From: Asterias amurensis
Taxonomy: Eukaryota
Direction: 5' to 3'
DNA: 64,000 bases
Assembly: GCF_032118995.1 (NCBI RefSeq)
Contig: NC_092655.1
Coordinates: 14,525,223 to 14,589,222 of the forward strand
Positions 45,818-58,760 of the stretch are shown here, piece after piece (within the stretch, counting starts at the first letter, position 1; each line of letters starts with the position of its first letter). The notes under the pieces are model-generated. The model worked only from the letters and a program-made list of their open reading frames with translations. It was not told the DNA's origin and did no database searches. The translations under genes and the position numbers were made by a program.

Positions 45818-46172
45818 CATCGGACTCTTTCGGTAAACAGTGTTGTCCAAGGCCCACACTCATGTATCACAACTTATATATCAAATAACAAACCTGTGAA
45901 AATTTTGGCTTAATCGGTCATCAGAGTTGGGAGAAAACAACGGAAAAACCCACCCCTGTTTCCGCGCGTTTCGCCGTGTCATGACATGTTTTTAAAAAAA
46001 ATCCGTAATTCTCGTTGTTTTGCTGTTTTCTCAAAAAGTAAAGCATTTCATGGAATAAAATTTCAAGAGAAGTCTTTCACCATTGCCTCCTGTAAACCTT
46101 GTAAGTTATTTGTAAATCTGTGAATTATTATTTTTTTTTCTGAACAGAAAGGGTCCAATGGCTTTAACTCAC
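45818..46172 (+). mobile_element. MITE family M6 copy
   Basis: gtttaaagccatcggactctttcggtaaacag ... ctgaacagaaagggtccaatggctttaactc. Confidence 0.65.
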
Positions 46173-46689
46173 AGTAAATAACCCATTGACCTCCGTGAGC
46201 ATTTTTGGAACGGACAGTGACTGTTTCAGAACACACAGTGATCATGACCACGACAAGCATCTGTAAATAAACGGGATGTTAGAAAAGGGTGGCGTCTGCT
46301 TTGTCCTCTTAAAACCGAAGATTAACCATATTGGGTTTTACTCAGTGCTGTCTGGCCTCTTTTTTGAGATATTGATTAAAATCCTGATTGAAGTTATGTC
46401 CATGCAAGAAGAATAACTCCTAACTGGAATACACAATCTGAAAACTATAACATGGTATAACGCCTCACAGAGTTAAATTTTGGGGCATAAAAACTGTTTT
46501 ATAGTACATAACCACACTACTTCAGGGTAAAATGTTGCTAAAAATGCTTTATACTACCAAATGCTGCTGTAGGCTTCCAACCATGTATTTTTTATTAACA
46601 ATAATAATAATTGTGGCTTCTTATATTGCACACATGTGCATCACTTAGTGACGCTCCTGGCGCTGTAACATACACTATTTCCTGCAAGA

Positions 46690-47030
46690 CGGGGGACTAC
46701 GTTTTGAATTATGAGACCTAATTCTGGTAGCACCATGTAATGTTTTACAAGGTGCTGTGGCGCAATTTGCTGCTGATCGGACCAGGAACACCGGGGCGAA
46801 CCCCTTCTCTTTTCGATAAGTGCACTGGGTTCTTTTACATGCGTTACATAACACATGGGACCAACGGCTTAACGTCCAATCCGAAGGACGAAGCAATGAT
46901 GAAGTGTCTTGCTTAAGGACACAGGTGCCACGGCTGGGGATTCGAACCCACACCTTGCTGATCAGACACACCAGAGTTTGAATTCGGTGCTCTTAACCGC
47001 TCGGCCACGACACTTCCATATTACCACGCA
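46690..47030 (-). mobile_element. SINE family A copy (minus); its head end lies ~46 bp upstream of MVP exon 24
   Basis: Reverse complement: ggaagtgtcgtggccgagcggttaagagcaccgaattcaaactctggtgtgtctgatcagcaaggtgtgggttcgaatcc... through the body to ...ttgcgccacagcaccttgtaaaacattacatggtgctacc. Confidence 0.7.
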
Positions 47031-47075
47031 GAGTGATTACCAAACGTTAACCTTCCCTTTAAATGTGTTATTCAG

Positions 47076-47156
47076 GTATCTCAGTTTGACTCCATGGTGA
47101 ATACCCTCGGGGCGAGTACCATTGCTGATATTGCCAACTCCGGACCAAAACTTCAG
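47076..47156 (+). CDS. MVP: MVP exon 24
   Basis: VSQFDSMVNTLGASTIADIANSGPKLQ against MVP [27 protein letters not shown]. Acceptor gttattcag, donor GTAAGC at 47157. Confidence 0.92.
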
Positions 47157-47538
47157 GTAAGCAAATTCCCTTCTTGGACATTTCTCAAAGCTCGACTTGG
47201 GCTTCGGCTCCATGCTCTGTCTGATGTTCTAGCCACCACTGCGTGCAAAATACATGCTGCTCCGAAAGTACTTGCTGCGTGTCCACGGCATACGCAGCAT
47301 GCGGAGCCCAAGCCAGAGGCAGACCCCAAGCTTACACATTGTAGATATTTGTGACAAATGAAAAATTTCTCTTAGTGCCGGTTTAACTTATTTTGATTTT
47401 ATTTGTTTGCATGACATTTTGAGTTACTTATAATTCATAGAGATGAACCCAAAAGCACCAATAGAATGCTTAAGGTGTCCATTTTAGTGTAGTCTTGTAA
47501 CAAGCCGTTTTCTTTCCTATTCTGATGTCGCTTTGTAG

Positions 47539-47646
47539 GCGGAGCTTCTGGGGAGCCTTGGGATCGAGACTACACTCATAATGGATGGTGACAATCCTGT
47601 CAACTTGTTCAATACAGCCAAGGGCATGATATCAGGGCACCAGTGA
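47539..47646 (+). CDS. MVP: MVP terminal exon, TGA stop at 47644-47646
   Basis: [35 protein letters not shown] against MVP [32 protein letters not shown]. Acceptor ctttgtag. Confidence 0.9.
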   Translation, partial: AELLGSLGIETTLIMDGDNPVNLFNTAKGMISGHQ

Positions 47647-47807
47647 GAAACCAACAAGGAAGGTCGGTATAATAATGAATGTTACCCAATGGGTATAGAT
47701 ACATAAGTGAATACCCATTGGGTAGCTGATATCTGTTGACATATTTAGGCTGTATCTAAAGTGTTGGTCAGACCTGTAAAAAATAGACTGCCAACCGTTA
47801 CATAGGT

Positions 47808-48517
47808 TTAAAGGCAGTGGACACTATGTGTAACTGTCAAAGACTAGCCTTCACAGTTGGTGTATCTCAACATATGCATAGAATAATAAACATGTGAAAT
47901 TTGAGCTCAATCGGTCATCGAACTTGCGAGATAATAATGAATGAAAAAAACACCCTTGTCACACGAAGTTGTGTGCATTTAGATGGTTGACTTCGAGACC
48001 TCAAGTTCTGAATCTGAGGTCTTGAAATCAAATTCGTGGAAAATTACTTCTTTCTCAAAAACTACGCCACTTCAGAGGGAACCGTTTCTCACAATGTTTT
48101 ATACCACCAACCTCTCTCCATTACTCGTCCCCAAGAAAGGTTTTATGCTGATAATTATTTTGAGTAATTACCAACAGTGTCCACTGCCTTTAAAGGCACT
48201 TGACACCTTTTCATGGTAATATTGTCCAAGACCAGTGGTGTATCCCTACATGCATGAAATAACACATCTGTGAAAACTTGGACTCAATTGATCGTCAAAG
48301 TTACGAGAGAATAATAAAAGAAAAGCACCCTTTTTGCACAAATTTGTGTGCTTACAGATGGCTACACAAATATTAAAAGACTTCAGGTCCGAAGCCTTTT
48401 TTTTAAATATTAAAATATTCAGAGGGAGTTGTTTCTCACAGTGTGTTTTTTTTCTTAACATGCAGCTCGCCATGCTGTATTTTGATTAATTACCAATAGT
48501 GTCCAGTGCCTTTAATG
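47808..48517. mobile_element. Two M1 MITEs inserted in tandem, sharing a TTAA junction
   Basis: First copy at about 47808-48194 (gtttaaaggcagtggacactatgtgtaactg ... attaccaacagtgtccactgcctttaa). Second, more diverged copy at about 48195-48517 (aggcacttgacaccttttcatggtaat ... attaccaatagtgtccagtgcctttaa). Confidence 0.65.
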
Positions 48518-51129
48518 ATCTTGTGAATGTCAGTTGGGAAACAGTCATTATTGTTTTTGAGTAACCTGAAATGGAGGTCAACAATTTCATACTTACTGCG
48601 AATACTAATCATGTGAAGTGAATTTGACAGCACAGCCAAACTCTTGCATACTGTTTGCTATGAATTTGCGATTGTCAAATTCACTTTGCATTCGTATTTG
48701 CAGGAAGTGTTTTAACAAGTTTTATTCTGACATTTCTTATTCCTTTTTTAAACAAAATATGATATTTTTGATGCATTTAGTGAATTTGTAACTTTCAGTT
48801 GCTGTTTCAAATTCATATTTATATGCCAACATTCAGACCCCCTTGCTCTAAACTAACTCTTGGTCAGAAATGATACGAAGTTAAGTTGCAGTTGAGGTTT
48901 GGTGCAACTCCAACCGCTGTCTAGCGTTGCCTATTTCACATGAGGTCTCTAAATGATGGTCGTTGGGGAACATTTGCATCGGCGCATTGTAAAAAAATCG
49001 CAAATCTGCCTTGTGTGAAATGAACCTGTGTGATGAAATCGCCACAGACCTGCATAATAAACAACTAGGGCGAACATCTCGAAAAATCGCATCCCTGTTT
49101 AGAATTGGCAAGATCAGTGGTGTGAAACGACGCACGCCATTATAAATAACAAATGAAAAAAAAAATGATTTTGTATGCGCACACTATTAAGCAGCACACG
49201 CCATCAGTCGATGGATAAAAGGTTGTTTGTTTATTTGAGGCATCCATCAAATTGGCAGAGGGCAGAACAATTGTTGTTGTTGAAATTTTGTATTTAAGAT
49301 TGCTTTCCTCAAAGTTTTCATGCTATGACCAATAAGCGTCCGATCAAGAAAGCCTTGAAATTTCCATTTTCCGACAAAATACTCTTACTCATCTCAAGAG
49401 TCGGGAAGCTGATAAGTCGTAAAAAAACAACCCACAAATGTCGCGCCCAGAAAGTGATCCGCGGTAACCTAATGCAGTTAAAAGCAGAATGCACTTCCTG
49501 AACAACTTGCACTTGCTTCTGGCAAAGATTGATACTGTTGACAGTAAGCAATAGGCGTAATGTAGATTGCAGTTTTGTAGGTTAGATGTTATCATAGAAA
49601 CACAATGTCAAATTGATGTACATACATTAATAAATAATATTCTGTGATAAGCAGTGCCTGGCGCAATTTCAAAGAGCTGCTTTAAGCACGAAAAGTAGCT
49701 AAACACAATCAAATCATGCTTACCAGAACGAGGTCGCCAGCAAAAGTACCATTTCACATGTACAATCTGTGACTGGTATCCTGTATATTTACGCTAAGCA
49801 GAACATGTTCAAGCAATTTTTTCTGCTGAAGCACTTCTATGAAGTAAGTTGGGCCCAGGTTGTTACAGCCTTTGCTTTCATAGATTTCTGATATTATAAA
49901 TTATCACACAAGCGCGAGTGGAATACGAAAAAAAATATCGCGCTTCCGCGCCCCATATCCAAAGTTTAGAATGTAATTTTTTCACTGTTTGATATGGCGC
50001 GTGACAAAATGACATTTCAAAACACGCACTGTGTAATAAAAACAGAGGAGGTAGGGTATAAAACAGAGGTCATAGCATATATGTTTTTATCCCCCTAGTA
50101 GTTCAAGCATCTGATTAGTGGGTTAGCGCGTACTGGAAGATAAATTCAAATGTGCTCACAATAAAGTTCCTTAATTTACAAACTATAACATGCTCCCACA
50201 AAACATGATATGTTGTTATCAATGCTAAGAATTATTAATATTTGAAACAATAGATGTAAAGTGAAGGAGAATTGTAGATATTACTCCACTCAAGAATTTA
50301 TGGATGTATTAATATGTAAAGAAAATAATTTATGATTTAACAAAAAAATACTAGTCTTTATACCTTTATAAATGTTTATGTTTAAGTTGTCCTGTAATCA
50401 GTGGCTGAAACGATGAATGAGAATTCTTGGATTTTCTCTTCGAGTACCTCTTGGATGAAAATATATCTTGTATTTTTGATAGTAATAGTATTTTTTGAAT
50501 TGATATGCAATAAAAGTAGTTTTATGAAAATGCCTTTATTCTGTCTGTTTTCAGTATAATGGCCATTTCAAACTTTATTAATAATAATAATAGTAATAAT
50601 AACCTTATTTATAACGCGCCTTTTGCCAAAGGATACAAAGCGCCAGGTATTATTACTGCAAGGAGTGGGGCGAATTTTGAGATATAAGACCTAATCGTTA
50701 AGCACCGTGTAATGGTTTACAAGGTGCTGTGGCGCAATATGCTGCCAATCTATTGTGACTCAATAATGTTGCCAAATGTTTGTGATGTTTTTTAGCATGG
50801 ACATGATGGAAAGCACTCAATCGGTATGTTTCACAGGGCCCGAAAAGCACAAAAACTTGCAAAACTCTTTATAAGGTTAGTATTTGGTAACCAGGCAAAG
50901 TACGCTACAGTTGCCGTCTCTGTGACTTGTACCCCACTAATTTCTAACAAGCAAAAAGTGCTAAGCAGAATCTTCTGCTATGAAAGTCGCATAGCTCTGC
51001 TTACCGTAAAACAAAGATTCCAAGCTTACACATTACAGGAGCAGGGAAATTTGCGCTGATGTCTAGCGAATTTCACAGGGTAGCTGGGATTGCTTGTGTG
51101 CCTGCGTACTAAGTGTAATTAGGAAATTA

Positions 51130-54100
51130 TAAAATCGCTAGGGGTAAGTCCAGCATTTTGACCAATATGGGCGAAAAATTATTGCAAGGGGTAAGGCCAG
51201 CGTCTAAAACAATTCAAATTTGCGCCAAAAGTCCGACATTTTTTCTAATTTATGGCCAGAAACTAAAAAATCACAAGGGGGTAAATCCACCATTTTTATC
51301 AAATTTAAGCAAAAGAAAATTGAGGAAAACAAAATTTTAAAAACGCATGGGGTAAGTTCAGCATTTGTATCAAATTTAGACAAAAAATTGAAAAAATCAC
51401 AAGGGGGTAAGTCCAGAATTTTTATCAAATTTAGGCCTAAAATTAAGGAATTTCACAACGGTGTAAGTCAAGCAGTGTTATCAAATTTAGGCGAAATTGA
51501 AGAATTTCACAAGGGGTAAAATTTTTATTAAATTTCAGCAAAAAATTGAAAAAATCACAAGGGGGTAAGTCCAGAATTTTTATCAAATTTAGGCCTAAAA
51601 TTAAGGAATTTCACAACGGTGTAAGTCAAGCAGTGTTATCTAATTTAGGCCTAAAATTGAAGAATTTTACAAGGGGTAATGGTAAGTCCAGCATTTTAGT
51701 CAAATTTAGGTGAAAAAAATGAAACAAATCACAAGGGGTAAGTCCAGCATTTTTACTAAATTTGTGCGAACAATTGAAAAAGTCACAAGGGGTAAGTCCA
51801 GGATTTTAATCAAATTTAGGGCCAAAAACAAAAAATCACAAGGGGTAAGTCAAGCATTTTGTAACAAATTAAGGTTGGAAATTTAAAAAATCACAAGGGG
51901 TAAGTTCAGCATTTTTTTTCAAATTTAGGCGAAAATTTGAAGAAAAATCATAAGGGGTAAGTCCAGCATTTTTATCAAATTTAGGCCAAAAATTAAAAAA
52001 AATCACAAGGGGTAAGTTCAGCATTTTTATCAAATTAAGGCCTAAAATTGAAGAATTTCACAAGGGGTAAGTCCAGCATTTTTTTTTTATTTTGTGCAAA
52101 AAATTAAAAACACAAACTTTAGGGCAAAAAATAGAAAACATCAGAAGGGGAAAGTCCAGCATTTTTGACAAATTTAGGCAAAAAATTGAACAAATCACAA
52201 AGGGTAAGTTTAGCATTTTTATCAAATTTAGGCCTAAAATAGAAAAAATCACAAGGGGTGAGTTCAGCAATATTATCAAAATAAGGCAAAAAATGAAAAA
52301 ATCACAAGGGGTACGTCCGGCATTTTTTATCAAATTTAGGCCTAAAATTTAAAAAATCACACGGGGTAAGTTCAGCATTTTTATCAAATTAAGGCCTAAA
52401 ATTGAAGAATTTCACAAGGGGTAAGTCCAGCATTTTTTTTTATTTTGTGCAAAAGATTGAAAAAAAAAACAAATTTAGGGCAAAAAATTGAAAAAATCAC
52501 AAGGAGAAAGTTCAGCATTTTTGACAAATTTAGGCGAAAATTGAACAAATCACAAAGGGTAAGTTTAGCATTTTTATCAAATTTAGGCCTAAAATAGAAA
52601 AAATCACAAGGGGTGAGTTCAGCATTATTATCAAATTAAGGCAAAAAATTCAAAAATCAAAAGGGGTACATCCGGCATTTTTATCAAATTTAGGCCTTAA
52701 CTAGAGAAATCACAAGGGGTAAGTCCAGCTATTTTCGTAAATTTATGCAAAAAACTTAAAAAAAAGGGGTAAGTTCAGCATTTCTATCAAATTAAGGCAA
52801 AAAATTGAAAAAATCACAAGGGGTAAGTTCAGCATTTTTATCAAATTTAGGCCAGAAATTTAAAATATCCCAAGGGGTAAGCCCAGAATTTTTTTCACTT
52901 TTAGGCCTAAAACTGAGGAATTTCACAAGGGTTAATCCAGCATTTTTTTCAAATTTAGTCAAAAAATTGAACAAATCACACGGGGTAAGTTCAGCATTTT
53001 TAACAAATTTAGGCCTAAAATTGAAGAATTTCACAAGGGGTAAGTCCAGCATTTTTACTTAATTTGTGCGAACAAGGTGCGAACAATTGAAAAAGTCACA
53101 AGGGGTAATTTAGGGCCAAAAATAGAAAAAATCACAAGGGGTAAGCCCAGCATTTTTAACCAATTTAGGCGAAAAAAAATGATAAAAATCACAAGGGGTA
53201 AGTTCAGCATTTTTATCTAATTTAGGCCTAAAATTGAAGAATTTTACAAGGGGTAATGGTAAGTCCAGCATTTTAGTCAAATTTAGGTGAAAAAAATGAA
53301 ACAAATCACAAGGGGTAAGTCCAGCATTTTTACTAAATTTGTGCGAACAATTGAAAAAGTCACAAGGGGTAAGTCCAGGATTTTAATCAAATTTAGGGCC
53401 AAAAACAAAAAATCACAAGGGGTAAGTCAAGCATTTTGTAACAAATTAAGGTTGGAAATTTAAAAAATCACAACGGGGTAAGTTCAGCACATTATCAAAT
53501 TTAGGCGAAAATTTGAAAAAAATCATAAGGGGTAAGTCCAGCATTTTTATCAAATTTAGGCCAAAAATAGAAAAAATCATAAGGGTAAGTTCAGCATTTC
53601 TATCAAATTTAGGCCTAAAATTGAAGAATTTCACAAGGGGTAAGTCCAGCATTTTTATCAAATTTATCCTAAAATTAAAAAAATCACATGGGGTAAGTTC
53701 AGCATTTTTATCAAATTAAGGCCTCAATTTGAAGAATTTCACAAGGGGTAAGTCCAGCAGTTTTACTTAACTTGTGTGAACAATTGAAAAAGTCACAAGG
53801 GGTAATTTAGGGCCAAAAATAGAAAAAATCACAAGGGGTAAGCCCAGCATTTTTAACCAATTTAGGCGAAAAAAAATGATAAAAATCACAAGGGGTAAGT
53901 TCAGCATTTTTATCAAATTTAGGCCTAAAATTGAAGAATTTCACAAGGGGTAAGTCCAGCATTTTAATTAAATTTAGGCGAAAAACTGAAAAAAATTACA
54001 AGGGGTAAAATCCAACATTTTTATAAAATTTCGGCCAAAAACTGAAAAAATCACAAGGGGGTAAGTCCAGCATTTTAATCAAATTTAGGGCAAAAAATGA

Positions 54101-57100
54101 TAAAAATCACAAGGGGTAAGTTCAGCATTTTTATCAAATTTAGGCCTAAAATTGAAGAATTTCACAAGGGGTAAGTCCAGCATTTTAATTAAATTTAGGC
54201 GAAAAACTGAAAAAAATTACAAGGGGTAAAATCCAACATTTTTATAAAATTTCGGCCAAAAACTGAAAAAATCACAAGGGGGTAAGTCCAGCATTTTAAT
54301 CAAATTTAGGGCAAAAAATAGAAAAAATCACAAGGGGTATGTCCAGCTATTTTCGTAAATTTATGCGAAAAGCTTAAAAAATCACAAGGGGTAAGTTCAG
54401 CATTTCTATCAAATTAAGGCAAAAAATTGAAATCACAAGGGGTAAGTTCAGCATTTTTATCAAATTTAGGCCCCAAATTTAAAATATCACAAGGGGTAAG
54501 TCCAGCTTTTTTGACAAACTTAGGCGAAAAATTGAACAAATCACAAGGGGTATAGCATTTTTATCAAATTTAGGCCAAAAATAGAAAAAATTAGCATTTT
54601 TATCAAACAAAGGCAAAAAATGAAAAAATCACAAGGGGTACGTCCGGCATTTTTATCAAATTTAGGCCTAAAATTGAGAAATCACAAGGGGTAAGTCCAG
54701 CTATTTTCATAAATTTATGTGAAAAACTTAAGAAATCACAAGGGGTAAGTTCAGCATTTTTACTAAATTTGTGCGAACAGTTGAAAAAGTCACAAGGGGT
54801 AAGTTCAGCATTTTTATCAAATTTAGGAGAAAAATTTAAAAAGCCCAGAATTTTTTTCACTTTTAGGACTAAAACTGAGGAATTTCACAAGGGTCCAGCA
54901 GTTTTATCAAATTTAGGCAAAAAATTGAACAAATCACACGGGGTAAGTTCAGCATTTTTAACAAATTTAGGCCTAAAATTGAAGAATTTACAAGGGGTAA
55001 GTCCAGCATTTTTACTAACTTTGTGTGAACAGTTGAAAAAGTCACAAGGGGTAATCAAATTTAGGCAAAAAATTGAACAAATCACAAGGGGTAAGTTCAG
55101 CATTTTTAACAAATTAGGCCTAAAATTGAAGAACTTCACAAGGGGTAAGTCCAGCATTTTTAGTAAATTTGTGCGAACAGTTGAAAAAATCATAAGGGGC
55201 AAGTCCAGCATTTATATCAAATTTGGGCAAAAATTGAACAAATCACAAGGGGTACGTCTGGCATTTTTGTCAAATTTAGGCCTAAAATTGAAGAATTTCA
55301 CAAGGGGTAAGTCCAGCATTTTTACTAAATTTAGGTGAAAAATTGAAAAAAATCACAAGGGGTAAGCCCAGAATTTTTATCAAATTTAGGCCTAAAACTT
55401 AAAAATTTCACAAGGGGTAAGTCCAGCATTTTTATCAAATAAAGGCAAAAAATTGAAAAAATCACAAGGGGTAAGCCCAGCATTTTTAACAAATTTAGGC
55501 GGAAAAATTAAAAAAAATCATAAGGGGTAAGCCCGGAATTTTTATCAAATTTAGGCCTAAAACTGAAGAATTTCACAAGGGGTAAGTCCAGCATTTTTAA
55601 CAAATTTAGGCCTAAAATTGAAGAATTTCACTAGGGGTAAGTCCGTCTTTTTACTAGTGCGAACAATTGAAAAAATCACAAGGGGTAAGTCCAGCATTTT
55701 TGAAAATTTTAGGCGAAAAAATGAAAAAATCACAAGGGGTAAATTCAGCGTTTTTATCAAATTTTGGCGAAAAATTGCATAAATCACAAGGGGCAAGTCC
55801 AGCATTTCAATCAATCTTAGGGCCAAAAATAGAAAAAAATCACAAGGGGTAAGTCCAGCATGTTTGACAAATTTAGGCGAAAAAATGAAAAAATCACAAG
55901 GGGTAAGTTCAGCATTTTTATCAAATTTAGGCCAAAAATTTAAAATTCACAAGGGGCAAGCAAGTCCAGCATTTGTATCAAATTTAGGCCAAAATTAGAA
56001 AAAAATCACATTTAGGCCAAAAATTGAAAAATTTCACAATGGGTAAGTCCAGCATTTTTATTAAACTTAGGCAAAAAATTGAAAAAAATCATAAGGGGAA
56101 AGTCCAGCATTTTTAACAAATTTAGGCGAAAAAATGAAAAAAACACAAGGGGTAAGTCCAGCATATTTATCAAATTTAGGCCAAAAATAGAAAAAATCAC
56201 AAGGGGTAAGTTAAGCATTTTTATCAAATTAAGGCAAAAATTGAACAAATCACAAGGGGTACGTCCGGCATTTTTATCAAATTTAGGCCTAAAATAGAAA
56301 AATCACAAGGGGTAAAGTTCAGCATTTTTATCAAATTTAGGCAAAAAATTCAAAAAATCACAAAGGTCCAGCATTTGTACCAAATTTAGGCCTAAAATAG
56401 AAGAAATCACAAGGGGGTAAGTCCAGCTATTTTCGTAAATTTATGCGAAAAACTTAAAAATCACATGGGGTAAGTTCAGCATTTCTATCAAGGCAAATTA
56501 AGGCAAATTAAAGCATTTTAAACAAATTTAGCCTAAAATTGAAGAATTTTACAAGGGGTAAGCCCAGCATTTTTATCAAATTTAAGCGAAAAATTGAAAA
56601 ATTCTTAAGGGGCAAGTCCAGCATTTCTATCAAATTAAGGCAAAAATTTAACAAATCACAAGGGGTACGTCCAGCAATTTTTATCAAATTTAGGCAAAAA
56701 ATTGATAAAATCACAAGGGGTAAGTCCAGCATTTTTAACGAATTTAGGCCTAAAGTTGAAGAATTTCACAAGGGGTAAGTCCAGCATTTTTACTAGATTT
56801 GTGGGAACAATTGAAAAAGTCACAAGGGGTAAGTCCAGGATTTTAATCAAATTTAGGGCCAAAAACAAAAAATCACAAGGGGTAAGTCAAGCATTTTGTA
56901 ACAAATTAAGGTTGGAAATTAAAAAAATCACAAGGGGTAAGTTCAGCATTTTTTTCAAATTTAGGCGAAAATTTGAAAAAAATCATAAGGGGTAAAATCC
57001 AGCATTTTTATCAAATTTAGGCCAAAAATAGAAAAAATCACAAGGGGTAAGTCAAGCATTTTTGACAAATTTAGGCGAAAAAATGAAAAAATCACAAGGG

Positions 57101-57440
57101 GTAAATTCAGCGTTTTTATCAAATTTAGGCGAAAGTTGCAAAAATCACAAGGGGCAAGTCCAGCATTTTAATCAAATTTAGGGCCAAAAATAGAAAAAAA
57201 TTACAAGGGGTAAGTCCAGCATTTTTATCAAATTTAGGCCTAAAATAGAAGAAATCACAAGGGGTAAGTCCAGCTATTTTCATAAATTTATGCGAAAAAC
57301 TTAAAAAATCACAAGGGGTAAGTTCAGCATTTCTATCAAGGCAAATTAAGGCAAATTAAAGCATTTTAAACAAATTTAGCCTAAAATTGAAGAATTTTAC
57401 AAGGGGCAAGTCCAGCATTTTTACTAAATTTGGGCCAAAA
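51130..57440. repeat. 6.3 kb minisatellite, ~55-bp unit in ~115 copies with higher-order repeat blocks
   Basis: Unit consensus cacaaggggtaagtccagcatttttatcaaatttaggcctaaaattgaagaattt, with variants (...aaaaatagaaaaaat..., ...gtgcgaacaattgaaaaagt...). Multi-unit blocks recur: 51665-51895, 53235-53465 and 56795-56935; 53093-53215 and 53793-53915; 53943-54170 and 54173-54400. The ORFs called on both strands are low-complexity artefacts of the repeat. Confidence 0.9.
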
Positions 57441-58392
57441 ATTCTATACTACATGTATTCATGGAAAAACTGAGGTAATAATGGTACAGCACCAAACAGT
57501 GACAGCGTTTCAGACAAATTTATTTGTGCAATAGACTTCCTTCCAGTATTTCTTACTGAGTCAACTAAATTGTCCTTCATGTACAAGTTTAATTGTGTCT
57601 ACTTTCTTACCATAACTTCTCTACTTTCATCTAAGAGTGCATAGAGAACTCTCTTTGTATGTACTATACAAGAATGGTTCAAGTGTCAATGGACCGATCC
57701 GGCCTGTCAATCAAACTGTATGCGTTCACCCATTTTGACTTATCACAGCAATGATTGTGGTCGGACAAACTCGGTCATGCATGCGCGTATATTTGGCACG
57801 CGCGGCAGAACCGTGCAGAATGTCATTGGGAGTGCTTGTACACGTGTCTTGCTCACGTGCGCGGTGGGCGGAGCTTAGTGGAAAGCCGGAACGGTCCATA
57901 CTGGAACACTAATCCATGCTCTGCTGATCAGAAACCCCCAGGGCCAAACTTCATACAGCTGGCTAAGCAGAAAAAGTAGCTAAGCGCAACAAAAGTTTGC
58001 TTACCAGCGTAAGATTACCAGCCAAACTACCATGTTACATGTACAATTTAAGACTGGTTTTCAATCTGGCTCATCTCTGCTTAGCAGAAAAATGTTAAGC
58101 AATGCTTTCTGCTTAAACAACTCTTTGAAATTGGGCCCAGAGATTGAGTCCAGTGCGCTTGACCACTTGGTCAAGACAAGCCGCCTTGAAGCTTGACGTT
58201 TTGTACAGCTCTTAAGGGCTATTTGCATACTGTTTTATTCAGAAAAGGTATATACTTACAAGATAAAAATAGCCCTAAACATTGAACCCTGATCCTTCTC
58301 ATCTTCACAACATTGAGCAAGTTGGATTGTCACGTTAAAGAAAGGTAGTACAATCAAAAGCGCATGTTAGTATACAAAATTTATATATTGTT

Positions 58393-58760
58393 AAAGACAG
58401 TGGACACTATTGGTAATTGTCAAAGACAAGCCTTCACAGTTGGTGTATCTCAACATATGCATCAAATAACAAACCTGTGAAAATTTGAGCTCAATCGGTC
58501 ATCAAAGTTGCAAGATAATCATGAAAGAAAAAAAGGTTGTGTGCTTTCAGATGCTTGATTTCGAGACCTCAAATTCTAAATCTGAGGTCTCGAAATCAAA
58601 TTCGTTAAAAATTACTTTGTTCTCGAGCACTACATCACTTCAGAGGGAGCCGTTTCTCACAATGTTTTATACTATCAACCTCTCCCCAATACTTGTCACC
58701 AAGACAGAGTTTATGATAATAATTATTTGAGTAATTACCAATAGTGTCCACTGCCTTAAA
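58393..58760. mobile_element. MITE family M1 copy
   Basis: gttaaagacagtggacactattggtaattg ... aattaccaatagtgtccactgccttaaag. Confidence 0.7.

Noticed and set aside
51130-57440. CRISPR-like or protein-coding interpretation of the 55-bp repeat array (many overlapping ORFs on both strands such as KKSQGVSSAFLSNLGLKLKNFTRGKSSIF)
   Set aside because: The units are tandem variants of a single sequence with no unique spacers. The context is eukaryotic, with introns and SINEs. The ORFs are periodic low-complexity translations present on both strands. This is a minisatellite.
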